Shown piece by piece: positions 19,183 to 29,805 of a stretch of DNA of 59,679 nt (positions are counted from its first letter, which is position 1; every line of letters starts with the position of its first letter). The notes beneath the pieces were generated by a model that saw nothing but the letters and a program-made list of their open reading frames with translations, made no database searches and was not told the DNA's origin. A program made the translations under genes and the position numbers. Source of the DNA: a virus (lineage: Duplodnaviria; Caudoviricetes); IMG/VR virus record IMGVR_UViG_3300032231_000653, positions 1-59,679 of that record, one strand, 5' to 3'.

Positions 19183-21684
19183 TTGGGTAAATTAGTTTCA
19201 TGTAAATGTGGTACGCAGTTCGATCCTACATGGGCAGCATATGATGAGTGCCCCACGTGTCGTGCGCACCATGTCGCCCGTTTTTTATCTGAGCGTCAAC
19301 GCTGTGGTAAATGTGATCTATCACGTAATTGTCTCACGAATTGCATGCGCGGCGTTGGTGCCACGCATGCAGATGTCATGATTATAGGGGAAGCGCCAGG
19401 ATACCGTGAAGACAGAAAGGGTGCGCCGTTTCTTGGTGATGCAGGTGCTTGTCTGAATGATTTAATTAAATCTGCTGGTTGGAAGAGGAGTGAAATTTTT
19501 ATCACAAACGTGTGTAAGTGCCGCCCACCTAATAACGCTACGCCTAAAGTATCACATATTAAAGCGTGCATGCCATATTTAGAAAATGAAATAAACAGCG
19601 TTAATCCCAAGCTTATCGTGGCGTTGGGTAATGTTGCCATGCGCGCTGTACTAAACACGACAGGTATAATGCGTGCACATGGAGATGTTCAATGGTCAGA
19701 TACGTACAATACTTGGGTGTTACCTTGTTTGCATCCTGCGTATCTTTTAAGAACACCTACATACACGGATATAACTAAGCAAGAGTTAAAATTAGGTGCA
19801 TACGTAGCAGTACATAATAGACTACCTCCCAAAGACGAGGTTAAATATGAGTACACAGATGGTTTGTCAGATGCTATAAAAATGCTTGAGCTTGTGGGCA
19901 AGAGTGAAAAAATATCTTTTGATATTGAGGCTTATGGATTAAATCCGTGGAAATGTAAGGGTATTTGCAGTTTTGCATTCACTATCAGCGAGCACACAGG
20001 ATTTGGGATAGATATAAGAAAATGGGATACGAGCACTTTGCTAAAGTTTAAACCATTTTTGGCGGATATTTTAAGTAAGAAGCACTTAAAAATAATACAC
20101 AATTTTGAGTATGAATATAAAATGTTGCGCAGGTTCTTTGGGATAATTATTGCGCCTAAAGTTTTTGATACGGTTGTAGCACATCATTTGTGTTATGAAG
20201 AGTATCCACATGATTTGGAAACATTGGCTACACTGCACTGTAATATGCCAAATCATAAACAGGAATTTGTGACATTAACAAATAATTACGCGGATATGGA
20301 CATTCCGACTACTGAGGAGTTACTAGGTTATAACTGCGCCGACACTGACGCAACGTACAGGCTATACAATGTGTTAGTTCCTTGGATGCGTAAAGAAGGT
20401 GTAGTCAAACTATTTGATGAGATTACTATGCCTTTGTGCCACGTTTTGGCAGAAGTAACGTACACGGGCGTGCACATAGACACTGTAAAATTGCACCAGG
20501 TTGCTGCAAAGTACGCAGACATTATCACCAATGGAAAACGTGCAATTGCGTTACTTACGGATGATTTAAAGTTTAATCCACTATCACCTAAGCAAGTGAG
20601 TGGATATTTTTACGAAAATAAAGGCTACAACTCTCTAAAGTGTTCAAAAACAACCCAGGAACCTTCGGCGGATAAAGAGTCGTTAGAACACATTGTAAGC
20701 ACTTATAATGATCCTGTGGCACGGTTAATTTTGGAGGTTAGAAAGTACGTTAAGCTAAAAAGCACTTATTTAGACGGAGGAAAAACAAGCGGCGGGCTTT
20801 TGCAGTATGTAGACGGAGAATCCAGAATACATACACAATATCTGGTGCACGGAACGACAACGGGGAGGCCATCGAGTAAGGCGCCAAATTTACAGAATCA
20901 AAGCAGATCAGACGATATTCGTGGCTTGTTTACAGCAACAGCAGGGACTTACTTGCTGGATGCTGATTACTCTCAATTAGAGTTACGTATAGCAGCGTAT
21001 TACTCAAAAGACCCACATCTACTAAGCGCGTACATACTTGGCTTAGATTTGCATTCTATAGTTGCTACTGATTGTTTAGGCGCAGACCCGCAGAATGTTG
21101 ATAAAGATTTAAGAACAGCAGCAAAAGCGATAAATTTTGGAATTATTTATGGCATGGGGCCGAAAGGATTAGCCGCGGACATTACAACTAAACGTGGGCG
21201 CATATGCACTGAAGATGAAGCGGCTCAGTATATACACGCGTATTTTGAGCGTTATGAAAAATTGCGTGATTTTGTGGAAGCAATAAAAAATACCGTGTTG
21301 GCAGGCCAGGCGCTTGTAACAATATACGGGAATAAGCGCAGATTTACTAATATCAAGCACATGTTAAAGGAGCCTCATAAGTATAGCATGGCATTAAGTG
21401 AAGCCGTACGCACGGGGCAGAACTTTCCTATACAGGGGACAGCAGGGCATACATTATCTGACGCGACCGTGCGTGTAGACGCCGCTATAAAGGCGAGTAA
21501 AATGCCAATGTCCATCGTATTAACAGTACATGACGAATTACTGTTTGAAGTGCGTGAGGACGTACCACACGCGGAAGCTACTCAATTGGTTAGAGAAAAC
21601 ATGGAGAATCCAGAAATTTTTGGAGGGCTGCTACCATTCCCTGTGGACATCGAAATAACACGCGCATGGAAACAGAAAGATTAG
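19183..21684 (+). CDS. Family A DNA polymerase with N-terminal zinc ribbon and family-4 uracil-DNA glycosylase-like domain
   Basis: IGEAPG..ED..G.PF.G.AG, KCRPP.N and HPAY (UDG); FDIE (exonuclease); DYSQLELR, R..AKAINFG..YG and VHDEL (PolA). Confidence 0.92.
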   Translation: MGKLVSCKCGTQFDPTWAAYDECPTCRAHHVARFLSERQRCGKCDLSRNCLTNCMRGVGATHADVMIIGEAPGYREDRKGAPFLGDAGACLNDLIKSAGWKRSEIFITNVCKCRPPNNATPKVSHIKACMPYLENEINSVNPKLIVALGNVAMRAVLNTTGIMRAHGDVQWSDTYNTWVLPCLHPAYLLRTPTYTDITKQELKLGAYVAVHNRLPPKDEVKYEYTDGLSDAIKMLELVGKSEKISFDIEAYGLNPWKCKGICSFAFTISEHTGFGIDIRKWDTSTLLKFKPFLADILSKKHLKIIHNFEYEYKMLRRFFGIIIAPKVFDTVVAHHLCYEEYPHDLETLATLHCNMPNHKQEFVTLTNNYADMDIPTTEELLGYNCADTDATYRLYNVLVPWMRKEGVVKLFDEITMPLCHVLAEVTYTGVHIDTVKLHQVAAKYADIITNGKRAIALLTDDLKFNPLSPKQVSGYFYENKGYNSLKCSKTTQEPSADKESLEHIVSTYNDPVARLILEVRKYVKLKSTYLDGGKTSGGLLQYVDGESRIHTQYLVHGTTTGRPSSKAPNLQNQSRSDDIRGLFTATAGTYLLDADYSQLELRIAAYYSKDPHLLSAYILGLDLHSIVATDCLGADPQNVDKDLRTAAKAINFGIIYGMGPKGLAADITTKRGRICTEDEAAQYIHAYFERYEKLRDFVEAIKNTVLAGQALVTIYGNKRRFTNIKHMLKEPHKYSMALSEAVRTGQNFPIQGTAGHTLSDATVRVDAAIKASKMPMSIVLTVHDELLFEVREDVPHAEATQLVRENMENPEIFGGLLPFPVDIEITRAWKQKD

Positions 21685-21691
21685 TTTTTAG

Positions 21692-21719
21692 TTGCAATGG
21701 GTTAAATAATTATTAACAT
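21692..21719 (+). promoter_or_regulatory. Sigma70-like promoter
   Basis: TTGCAA-N16-TAACAT. Confidence 0.5.
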
Positions 21720-21749
21720 GTATTATAGCTATTTATAGGAGGTAACATA

Positions 21750-22208
21750 GTGTCTGACATTGGAGATATAAAAGATTTAGAAAAAGAACTGGCTTTTTCT
21801 AAAGAAACGATATCGGATGATTTAATTAAACAGCCATCGACATGGTATTACTATGCGTCATTGTATGATCGATTAATGCATGAGTTGAACACGGCCCAAT
21901 TGCGCTTGGAGGTATACGCCGCCGAATTGAGCGCAAAAATTGAAACTACATATAAGGAGGAGACTAAACCGCAGCCAGATGCGAAAGGCCGTGCTAAATT
22001 TTCACAGGCGGGTTGTGATTCCAGAATCAAGTTGGGGATTCCACGGGATCCAACTTGGTTGCAGTTATCGCAAGCTATTGCTATTTTAAAATATCGTGCA
22101 AAATTGGCATATTCTGCTAAGGGTGCCCTAACACAAAAGGGGGATATGTTAAGAGCGTATGTATCTATACTTCGGCAAGAGTATGATAATTCAGCAATTC
22201 CGAAATAG
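21750..22208 (+). CDS. Helical protein, possibly UvsY-like recombination mediator
   Basis: Helical pattern and position before SSB/RecA; the function is inferred. Confidence 0.5.
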   Translation: MSDIGDIKDLEKELAFSKETISDDLIKQPSTWYYYASLYDRLMHELNTAQLRLEVYAAELSAKIETTYKEETKPQPDAKGRAKFSQAGCDSRIKLGIPRDPTWLQLSQAIAILKYRAKLAYSAKGALTQKGDMLRAYVSILRQEYDNSAIPK

Positions 22209-22222
22209 GAGGAGGTTTTTTT

Positions 22223-23107
22223 ATGAATAAAAAAAGTGTTACGCCTGAGCATGATCCTTGGGCTATTGATGAGGAGTATGAAGGTAAAGTTTTAGCAGAC
22301 ATCAGGGCTGCTCAAACATTTTTCATGTACCTTAAAGGGGGCGACAACGAAGTACGTATACTTCCGAGATCGAGTGTAGATGTGCGTACGTGGCATATGC
22401 CTTATTTCATGCATTTCGGTGTCTCTGCCGATAATTCACCGTTGTATTGTCCGCATGCCAACTGGGGGGTACAGTGCCATGTTTGCGATCAAATTGCTAT
22501 ATTACGCGAATCTGATGATGAACGCGAGCACAAGAAGGCTGATACCATCAAGCTGGTTAAACGCGAGTTCGTGAACGCGGTTGATATGAAAAGATTGGAC
22601 GCAGGTGTGCAGTTACTACAGTTACCTGTAAGCGTTTTGGAGCTTATATTGTCTTTTATTTTTAATCCTAAATGGGGCAACATACTCCACCCGCAAACGG
22701 GCCGTATAATAACAATTTCTAAATCAGGATCAGGGATGAAAACGAAGTACGGGGTACAACCTGATCCTGTGCCCACTGCATTACAGGACATGAAATGGCT
22801 AACATCAATGCAGAAGTTGCAGGAAGTAGTTCCTCGTGTGAGTTATGCCACGTCACGTGAGGTGTACACGGGCGAGCAGGAAGAAATGGGTAAAACACAC
22901 AATGGTAGCACACAGGATGACACAACTAACCAGGGACATACAGCAGATGCGGAGGACAGTTCAGAAGGTTTTAACAGGAAGTCGGACAGTGCACATCATA
23001 CTTGTCCTAAGGGCACTTTCGGTAAATTTACCGCAGCAGACCCTAAGTGTTTAACGTGTGATACAGGAATTATGAATGCATGTATAAATTCTTTGAGGCA
23101 GGTGTAA
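22223..23107 (+). CDS. Single-stranded DNA-binding protein (gp32-like)
   Basis: VRILP, H...CP......C.VC, GR.I.I.K.G.G..T.Y and an acidic tail. Confidence 0.75.
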   Translation: MNKKSVTPEHDPWAIDEEYEGKVLADIRAAQTFFMYLKGGDNEVRILPRSSVDVRTWHMPYFMHFGVSADNSPLYCPHANWGVQCHVCDQIAILRESDDEREHKKADTIKLVKREFVNAVDMKRLDAGVQLLQLPVSVLELILSFIFNPKWGNILHPQTGRIITISKSGSGMKTKYGVQPDPVPTALQDMKWLTSMQKLQEVVPRVSYATSREVYTGEQEEMGKTHNGSTQDDTTNQGHTADAEDSSEGFNRKSDSAHHTCPKGTFGKFTAADPKCLTCDTGIMNACINSLRQV

Positions 23108-24288
23108 TGAGTACACCTGCCTCAAAGGTATCTAAATTAATTACTGATATGGAAAAGCTTTTCGGGTCTGGTAGCCTTATGGCTCCTGGACTAGAAAGTA
23201 TTAAACCTGTGGATGTTGTGTCCACGGGTTCTGTCAAATTGGATATGATCACGGGGGTATATGGAATACCAAGGGGTCGCGTAGTCGAAATTTTTGGCCC
23301 GGAGGCCGGGGGTAAAACTACATTGGCGTTACATATTATTGCGGAGGCACAGAGTGCCGACTCGAAAGGTGTGTGCGCGTTTATAGATGCAGAGCACGCT
23401 TTAAGTTTTGACTATGCGAAGGCTGTGGGTTGTAACTTGGATCGTTTGCTGCTCTCACAGCCCGATTCGGGCGAACAAGCCTTGAATATATGCGAGGCGT
23501 TAGTAAAGACGGGTGACTTAGATGTAATCGTTATTGATTCTGTGGCAGCGTTGGTACCAGAAGCTGAGCTTGCGGGAGAAGTAGGTGATGTTCATGTTGC
23601 ACCGCAAGCCAGGATGATGTCGCAGGCACTTAGAAAGTTGACAGGCTGTGTAGCAAAAACTAAAACTGTAGTGATATTCATAAACCAAATTAGGGAAAAG
23701 ATAGGGATAAAATTTGGGAATAAAGAAAACACTACTGGTGGGAGAGCTTTGAAGTTTTATTCTTCCATGAGGTTAGATGTCCGAAGAATAGCTTCTGTAA
23801 AATCGGGTTCAGACATTATAGGTAATAAAGTTAGAGTTAAAGTAGCTAAGAATAAGCTGGCTTTACCTTTTAGGGAGTGTGAAACCACGATTATATTTGG
23901 AATGGGGATTAATTTAGCAGAAGAAGTAGCAGAGTTAGGCTTAGATTATGCTGTGTATGTAAAAGAGGGCAAAGGCGAGGATGCACAATTCTTTTTCTGT
24001 ACCGACAAGCAAGATAAGCATGCTATTGGTAAAAATGTAAAGGAAATCACACGTTTTTTCACATATCACACTCTTTGCTTAAAGAGTGCACGAGCACGCA
24101 TTTACAAAAATTGTAAGGATAAAATAAAAAAGACCACGACAGAAACAGACATTTATGGAGCGCTTGTTGCAAAGGGTCTCATAGTTGAGAAAGGCGGGGG
24201 TTGGTCGGTTTATGATGGTGAAAAGTTTTTAAAAAAGCAATTCACAACGTTTTTGGATGTGCACCCGCAGTTGCGGGACATGCAATGA
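23107..24288 (+). CDS. recA: RecA recombinase
   Basis: GPEAGGKTT, FIDAEHAL, SQPDSGEQAL, IDSVAAL and GGRALKFYSS.RL motifs. Confidence 0.97.
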   Translation: MSTPASKVSKLITDMEKLFGSGSLMAPGLESIKPVDVVSTGSVKLDMITGVYGIPRGRVVEIFGPEAGGKTTLALHIIAEAQSADSKGVCAFIDAEHALSFDYAKAVGCNLDRLLLSQPDSGEQALNICEALVKTGDLDVIVIDSVAALVPEAELAGEVGDVHVAPQARMMSQALRKLTGCVAKTKTVVIFINQIREKIGIKFGNKENTTGGRALKFYSSMRLDVRRIASVKSGSDIIGNKVRVKVAKNKLALPFRECETTIIFGMGINLAEEVAELGLDYAVYVKEGKGEDAQFFFCTDKQDKHAIGKNVKEITRFFTYHTLCLKSARARIYKNCKDKIKKTTTETDIYGALVAKGLIVEKGGGWSVYDGEKFLKKQFTTFLDVHPQLRDMQ

Positions 24289-24310
24289 TGGAGTGCGGGG
24301 CATTAAAATT

Positions 24311-24976
24311 ATGATTAAAGCCAGAAAATATAAGATAATATACGCAGACCCACCGTGGCCTTATCGTGATAAGTGCCATAGTGGCAAGCGTGGTGTCACT
24401 TACAAGTACCCAACTATGGATGTAGTTTCGATAAAAAACATGCGTGTGCCTTTTATTACGGAGAACAACTGTGCTTTGTTTTTGTGGTGTACGTCACCTC
24501 AATTACCTGTAGGATTAGATGTGATGAGCGCTTGGGGTTTTGAATTTAAATGCATAGCGTTCACATGGGTCAAACTGAACAAAAATCCGGTTTACGCTCA
24601 AGACATATTAGGGGAGTCGATCAGAGACAAATATTTTCCCAGTAACGTTATTACAGTGGGTGGCGAAAATACTATTGTTAAAAAATTGAATGTGTACTCT
24701 GATTTTATGGGAATGGGCAACTACACTCGTGCTAATGCAGAGTTTGTTTTGTTAGGCATGCGTGGCAAGATCAAGCGCGTTTCACGTAGTGTGCGTTCTA
24801 CGGTTATGACAAGTCTAGAGACGCATAGCAAGAAGCCCGATATTGTTCGTGAAAGGATAGTTGAACTTTTTGGTGATATACCCAGAATTGAGCTTTTTGC
24901 AAGGCAGCAAACTCAGGGGTGGGATGTCTGGGGTGATATGGTTGAGAATAGTTTAGAATTAGAGGGTGTCGTTTAA
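24311..24976 (+). CDS. MT-A70 family adenine methyltransferase
   Basis: IIYADPPW, LFLW, W.K, HSKKP and RIELFAR....GWD.WG motifs. Confidence 0.9.
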   Translation: MIKARKYKIIYADPPWPYRDKCHSGKRGVTYKYPTMDVVSIKNMRVPFITENNCALFLWCTSPQLPVGLDVMSAWGFEFKCIAFTWVKLNKNPVYAQDILGESIRDKYFPSNVITVGGENTIVKKLNVYSDFMGMGNYTRANAEFVLLGMRGKIKRVSRSVRSTVMTSLETHSKKPDIVRERIVELFGDIPRIELFARQQTQGWDVWGDMVENSLELEGVV

Positions 24977-25003
24977 TTTAAAAAAAAAAATAAGGAGCAG
25001 CAT

Positions 25004-25276
25004 ATGTCATATAAGGTGGAATTAACATACTTTAGATCAGGAGGTAAGTGCTATACAGGCGGTGAATACATTTCAGAAAAAAAGGAAATGTACGAAATTT
25101 TTGCAGAAGTGCGCACGCTTAATGCGAATAGGCAACTCCCAGGATTGACAGAAGTGCATGATCCTGCATATTTTATAACAGTTAATGTACCGGATCATGT
25201 AAATAACCATTCAGCATTGATATTCAATAAAGAAGAAGTGGTTATGCGTTGGATGAAGGAGGCGCATTTTGTTTAG
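25004..25276 (+). CDS. Hypothetical phage protein
   Basis: AAGGAG RBS; 90 aa. Confidence 0.7.
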   Translation: MSYKVELTYFRSGGKCYTGGEYISEKKEMYEIFAEVRTLNANRQLPGLTEVHDPAYFITVNVPDHVNNHSALIFNKEEVVMRWMKEAHFV

Positions 25277-26354
25277 ATTTGTGGCATTTTCAGATTTGCA
25301 TGCACACAACTGGAAAGATTTTTGTCATCTTGACGGCACAACTGGGCTGAATTCGAGATTGCTGGATGCTGTACATTGTATAGTTCAGATACGCGAATAT
25401 TGCATATCACATGATATAAGCACTGTTGTTTTTTTAGGGGATATGTTTGAAACAAAAGGTGTCGTGCCATTTTCAGTTTTTAATCCCATCTACGCTGAAT
25501 TGACGTTATTTAAAACAGTGGGGATACATTTAATTATGCTTGTAGGTAATCATGATTTGACTACCAGAGCGTGTGAGATACATGCTATGCAAGCATTCAA
25601 AACATTCGCCACTGTTGTAGACAAACCCACATTAATTAAAAACGCCGAAAAGTCTGCTTTTTTGGCAGCACCATTCACTTATGATATAAACATTTTTAAT
25701 CAGTATTTAGAGATACTACAGGCTAAAGGAGAGGCAGCGGTTGGCTACGATCTAGTTCGGTTACTTCATTGTGATTGTGCTAAAGCAAAAGTTGAAAGCG
25801 GTTTTATTGTGTATCACGATATAAAACCGGATATTTTTAAGTTTGCTGATTATTGCATTACGCTGATGGGGCATTACCATATGCATCAGTGGGTGCACAG
25901 TAAGGCTTGCTACGTGGGGTCTACACAATCTTGCCATATAGGCGAGGCAAATGTTGAGAAGGGGTTTGTGGATGTTACTGTCTCTAAAGGTGCATGTGAG
26001 ATAAAATTTGTCAAATCGGACATACCAATGATAAGGAAGGTTACATACACTCCTGGTTTAGATATAAGCCAACTTAGCGGGGATTACGTGAGTGTGATCA
26101 TCCCACAGAAGCATGAGAAAGAATTTGTTGTAGCTAAGCGCACTTTACAGTGTGCGCACACTGTCAATGTACAAGTATGTGCGACTGAGTTTAAAAAAGA
26201 TACGCGGATTGATATATCGCCGGATATGCGTATGACAGAAGCTTTGGAAAAGGTTATTGATTCATCCCTATTGGCTGAAAAAATTGGTAACTTAGACAAA
26301 CGGAAACTGAAAGAGTTAGGAAAGACGTTCTTAACAGAAGCTGTAGAGGCATAA
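25269..26354 (+). CDS. sbcD: SbcD/Mre11-like metallophosphoesterase nuclease
   Basis: SDLH, GDMF, GNHD, GHYH and YVGS motifs. Confidence 0.9.
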   Translation: MFRFVAFSDLHAHNWKDFCHLDGTTGLNSRLLDAVHCIVQIREYCISHDISTVVFLGDMFETKGVVPFSVFNPIYAELTLFKTVGIHLIMLVGNHDLTTRACEIHAMQAFKTFATVVDKPTLIKNAEKSAFLAAPFTYDINIFNQYLEILQAKGEAAVGYDLVRLLHCDCAKAKVESGFIVYHDIKPDIFKFADYCITLMGHYHMHQWVHSKACYVGSTQSCHIGEANVEKGFVDVTVSKGACEIKFVKSDIPMIRKVTYTPGLDISQLSGDYVSVIIPQKHEKEFVVAKRTLQCAHTVNVQVCATEFKKDTRIDISPDMRMTEALEKVIDSSLLAEKIGNLDKRKLKELGKTFLTEAVEA

Positions 26355-26356
26355 TT

Positions 26357-28288
26357 ATGGAATTTAAAAAATTAATTATAGATAATTTTCTTAGTTATGC
26401 GCATGCAGAAGTGGCCTTGGACACTTCAGGTTTAGTGGGTATTGTGGGTGTTGTGTCAGGAGGTTGCAGTGATTCTAACGGAGCAGGTAAGTCTGCATTA
26501 TTTGATGCTTTAGTGTGGTGTCTTTTTGGAACACCTGTCAGAAGTAAGACGCTAGATGAAGGCAATGTCGCGGCGGGTGCAATCATACGGAACGGACAGA
26601 AAAGCTGTAGTGTCACAACTTTGTTAAGTGTGGGTACACAAAAGATTGAAATTTGTAGGGAGCGTAAGGTACGCGGTGGAAGTATCCTTTCTCTTCTTAT
26701 AAATGGATCGTCTGCTTGTGAACGATCATCAGTTAGTGAAACGCAGAAAAAAATAAATCAAATATTAGGGATAGATTATAAAACGTTTTTACGCACTGTC
26801 ATGTTTGGGCAAGGGATTACTAAGAAGTTCCTTTACGCAACAAACACGGAGAAAAAGGCGTATTTTGAGCGCATTTTAGGGTTAGAAAAGCTGCAAGATG
26901 CGCGTAGGCTTGTAAAGGTGCGTGCGGATGTGTTGCGTGAAGAAATTGCAAAAATGGATAGAGAACTTTCCAGCGTAAATTTGAGTATTGAGCATACTAA
27001 TATGGATATCAATACCCTAAAAAATAGGTTGGATGAAAAGAGTATATTAGCTGATCAAGAGTTTAGTGGGATAGAGCAAGAAATTAAAAGTAAGAAACTT
27101 CAGATTGACGCGCATATTGTCGATGATGCTTGCGCTATAAGTGCGGATATCCAGTGTGTTGAAGATGCTTTACAGGGAGTCAGGAACAACAAGGTTTCTG
27201 TGTGTGTTGCGTTAGATGCGGAAATTGAGAAGTATCAGCAGGCACAGCGTGCAATAGCAAATGCTGTGTTCTCATTAGAAAAAGATTCAAATAAATATGC
27301 AAGCCAATTAGATCGCATTGTCCAAAATGATCTAATCGGTGTGGAATGTGCTGAATGTGGCAGATTAATAGATCGTGATACACAAGCTTCACACATCACA
27401 AAATTGCGTGATACGTTAGTCATGTGCCAACGCTCTATAGATAGTGAGCGTGTACGCCTTAAAGTTATTAACACAGCCTTAGACACCGCTAAGGCTAACA
27501 AGCAAGCTTTTAAAACTTCGCATGCTTCAGAGTGTACTGATTTGACAGATCGCTTGACATATTTGAAAGGATTAATATTAAAAGTTGACACGCAGATAGC
27601 TGTAAAAGCAGGGTTAGATCGGGATTTGAGCAATTTGTGTTTAAAGTTGGAAAGCGCCAAGAAGCGTGCTTTAGATAACACTTTCATGGACATGCTGAAA
27701 GATAAGGAACGTCAGATTTTAGAACTGTCTAAGCAGGTTTCTAAACTGCATTTTAAAATTGATATGAGTAATGATGATCTGAGATATTATTCTGTATTAT
27801 ATGATGTGTTTAAAGATATGCAGGCATATATGCTCGATTGTATTGTGCCATTTTTGAATAACCGCGCTCAGCATTACGCGCAGCAATTAACCAATGGGTT
27901 ATTCACCGTCACTTTTGACACACAAAAATTGGTGGCAGGCGTCTTGAAGGACAACTTTGATGTGTGTGCAACTATTAGGGATGGCGTGAAAGATTACTCG
28001 TTGATGTCCGGTGGCGAAAGGCAACGTGTAAACGTTATTGTAGCATTGTGTTTACAGGATTTGTTGGCGTCTAGGACTAACGATAATGATGTTAATTTGA
28101 GAATTTTTGATGAGCCTTTTGAGGGGATGGACGCAGGCGGTAAAGATATGCTTTTGCAATTGATGCTGGTAGAAGCACGAGATAAGACGGTGTTTTTTGT
28201 GACGCACTCTTCAGATTACCAAGGTTATTTTAAGGAGTTGGTAAGTGTGCGTAAAGAATGTGAGGTATCTCACATAACTGTGGAGTGA
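26357..28288 (+). CDS. sbcC: SbcC/Rad50-like ATPase
   Basis: NGAGKS, CxxC hook within coiled coil, MSGGE, FDEPF and VTH motifs. Confidence 0.92.
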   Translation: MEFKKLIIDNFLSYAHAEVALDTSGLVGIVGVVSGGCSDSNGAGKSALFDALVWCLFGTPVRSKTLDEGNVAAGAIIRNGQKSCSVTTLLSVGTQKIEICRERKVRGGSILSLLINGSSACERSSVSETQKKINQILGIDYKTFLRTVMFGQGITKKFLYATNTEKKAYFERILGLEKLQDARRLVKVRADVLREEIAKMDRELSSVNLSIEHTNMDINTLKNRLDEKSILADQEFSGIEQEIKSKKLQIDAHIVDDACAISADIQCVEDALQGVRNNKVSVCVALDAEIEKYQQAQRAIANAVFSLEKDSNKYASQLDRIVQNDLIGVECAECGRLIDRDTQASHITKLRDTLVMCQRSIDSERVRLKVINTALDTAKANKQAFKTSHASECTDLTDRLTYLKGLILKVDTQIAVKAGLDRDLSNLCLKLESAKKRALDNTFMDMLKDKERQILELSKQVSKLHFKIDMSNDDLRYYSVLYDVFKDMQAYMLDCIVPFLNNRAQHYAQQLTNGLFTVTFDTQKLVAGVLKDNFDVCATIRDGVKDYSLMSGGERQRVNVIVALCLQDLLASRTNDNDVNLRIFDEPFEGMDAGGKDMLLQLMLVEARDKTVFFVTHSSDYQGYFKELVSVRKECEVSHITVE

Positions 28289-28653
28289 ATAGGCATATGG
28301 CTAATGAATGTAAAGATACAGTTGTGTGTTTGCGACTAAATTTGGATGGTAATGACATCATAGAATGTTTAAAAAGCACGAATGGGTTACCACAAAATTT
28401 AGTGGATGAGTGTAAAAATGTAAGAAACGACAAGATCAATAAGACGTTTTTGGGGGTGACAATACAGCTTTTTAAAGTTGTTAAAAAGAAAGAAGAATGT
28501 GTGCACTTGTTTTTTGTGGCTGCCGACTTCGCGTCAGAGAAGCAATTTTTTAATCACATTTTTAATGTATTACGCAGTATTGGGGACTTATTATCTTTTT
28601 ATAAGAAAGATTCTAATATACTTCTTCCTAATGATTTTTTAAAAACATGTTAG
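28285..28653 (+). CDS. Hypothetical protein
   Basis: Overlapping ORF within the operon. Confidence 0.55.
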   Translation: MNRHMANECKDTVVCLRLNLDGNDIIECLKSTNGLPQNLVDECKNVRNDKINKTFLGVTIQLFKVVKKKEECVHLFFVAADFASEKQFFNHIFNVLRSIGDLLSFYKKDSNILLPNDFLKTC

Positions 28654-28663
28654 GAAACGCCAT

Positions 28664-29203
28664 ATGAACATATATATAGGTATTGACCCGGGTAAGACAG
28701 GCGCAGTAGCATTGCTCACGGACGATCCGGACAGGCTGGATGTTTGGCAGTACCCAGGAGATATTAAAAGTGCATGCACACTTTTACAAGATGGCATAAT
28801 TGGATTATCACCGAATTTAGAGGAAGCTGATAGAAATGTTTTTGCATGTCTTGAAAAAGTACATGCTATGCCTATGCAAGGGGTGTCATCTTCTTTTAAT
28901 TTTGGTGTTAGCTATGGGATGTGGCAAGGTGTTCTGGCTGTTATGGGTATCCCGTATATATTTGTGACACCACACGCATGGCAGAAGGTTACGTTTGATT
29001 CTCAATGTGTAATTTTTAAAGATGCTAAGCTTAGTGGGAGTAGTAAGATTAAGCGTAAACGAGACACAAAAGCGATGAGCCTGAGTGTGGCGCGCAGGTT
29101 GTTTCCAGATGTTGATTTACATAGAAAAGCGGATGATGGAAAGGCCGACGCATTAAACTTGGCGAGATATGCTAAAATGATGGTGAAAAAGGGTATTTTA
29201 TGA
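28664..29203 (+). CDS. RuvC-like Holliday junction resolvase
   Basis: IGIDPG..GA, EKV.AMP.QG..S.F.FG, P..W and DG.ADA motifs. Confidence 0.88.
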   Translation: MNIYIGIDPGKTGAVALLTDDPDRLDVWQYPGDIKSACTLLQDGIIGLSPNLEEADRNVFACLEKVHAMPMQGVSSSFNFGVSYGMWQGVLAVMGIPYIFVTPHAWQKVTFDSQCVIFKDAKLSGSSKIKRKRDTKAMSLSVARRLFPDVDLHRKADDGKADALNLARYAKMMVKKGIL

Positions 29204-29805
29204 AAACTTTAAAAGTGAATTGTGCATATGATGATCTCATAGATATTTGTCTGCTAATTGAAAATGTACAAAATCCGAAGATAATTAATGCATCAGAGCT
29301 TGCACAGTTAAAGAAGGAAATTGTAGAGTTAGGGTTTTTTAGGCCACAAATTATAAACGATGATAACGTGGTGCTCGGGGGCAATCAGAGATTGAAAGCC
29401 CTTAGAGAATTAGCGCGTGAGGGCTATGATTGTTCTAAGGTGCCTGTTTCTTACTACAGAGATAAAGAAAAGGAAGATTACGTTGTTGTAGCTGATAATA
29501 CCACAAATGGGCAGTGGAACCAAGACGTCAATCTAGGTGCCACACTGGAAGGATTTTTGAAAGATGTACAATTAAAAGTGCCCAATTTCGACATAGGTTT
29601 AACAGGGTTGTCACCAAGCACACTTTCAGAACTGAAGATAGATTTAGATGTGACAAAAGATAATGCACCTGCGTACAGTGAGGATGACGATGTGCTTCCA
29701 GAAGTTGAAACAAAGGATGCAGTTACGCAAAGTGGTGATTTATGGGAATTGGGACGGTCGGTATACTGTCCGAAATGTGGAAAGAGGCATTTTGTAGAAT
29801 TATGA
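29200..29805 (+). CDS. ParB-like N-terminal module of a split ParB-methyltransferase
   Basis: NPK, GF..P.I, GGNQRLKAL and ADN motifs; ends GDLWELG-RSVYCPKCGKRH. Confidence 0.8.
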   Translation: MKTLKVNCAYDDLIDICLLIENVQNPKIINASELAQLKKEIVELGFFRPQIINDDNVVLGGNQRLKALRELAREGYDCSKVPVSYYRDKEKEDYVVVADNTTNGQWNQDVNLGATLEGFLKDVQLKVPNFDIGLTGLSPSTLSELKIDLDVTKDNAPAYSEDDDVLPEVETKDAVTQSGDLWELGRSVYCPKCGKRHFVEL

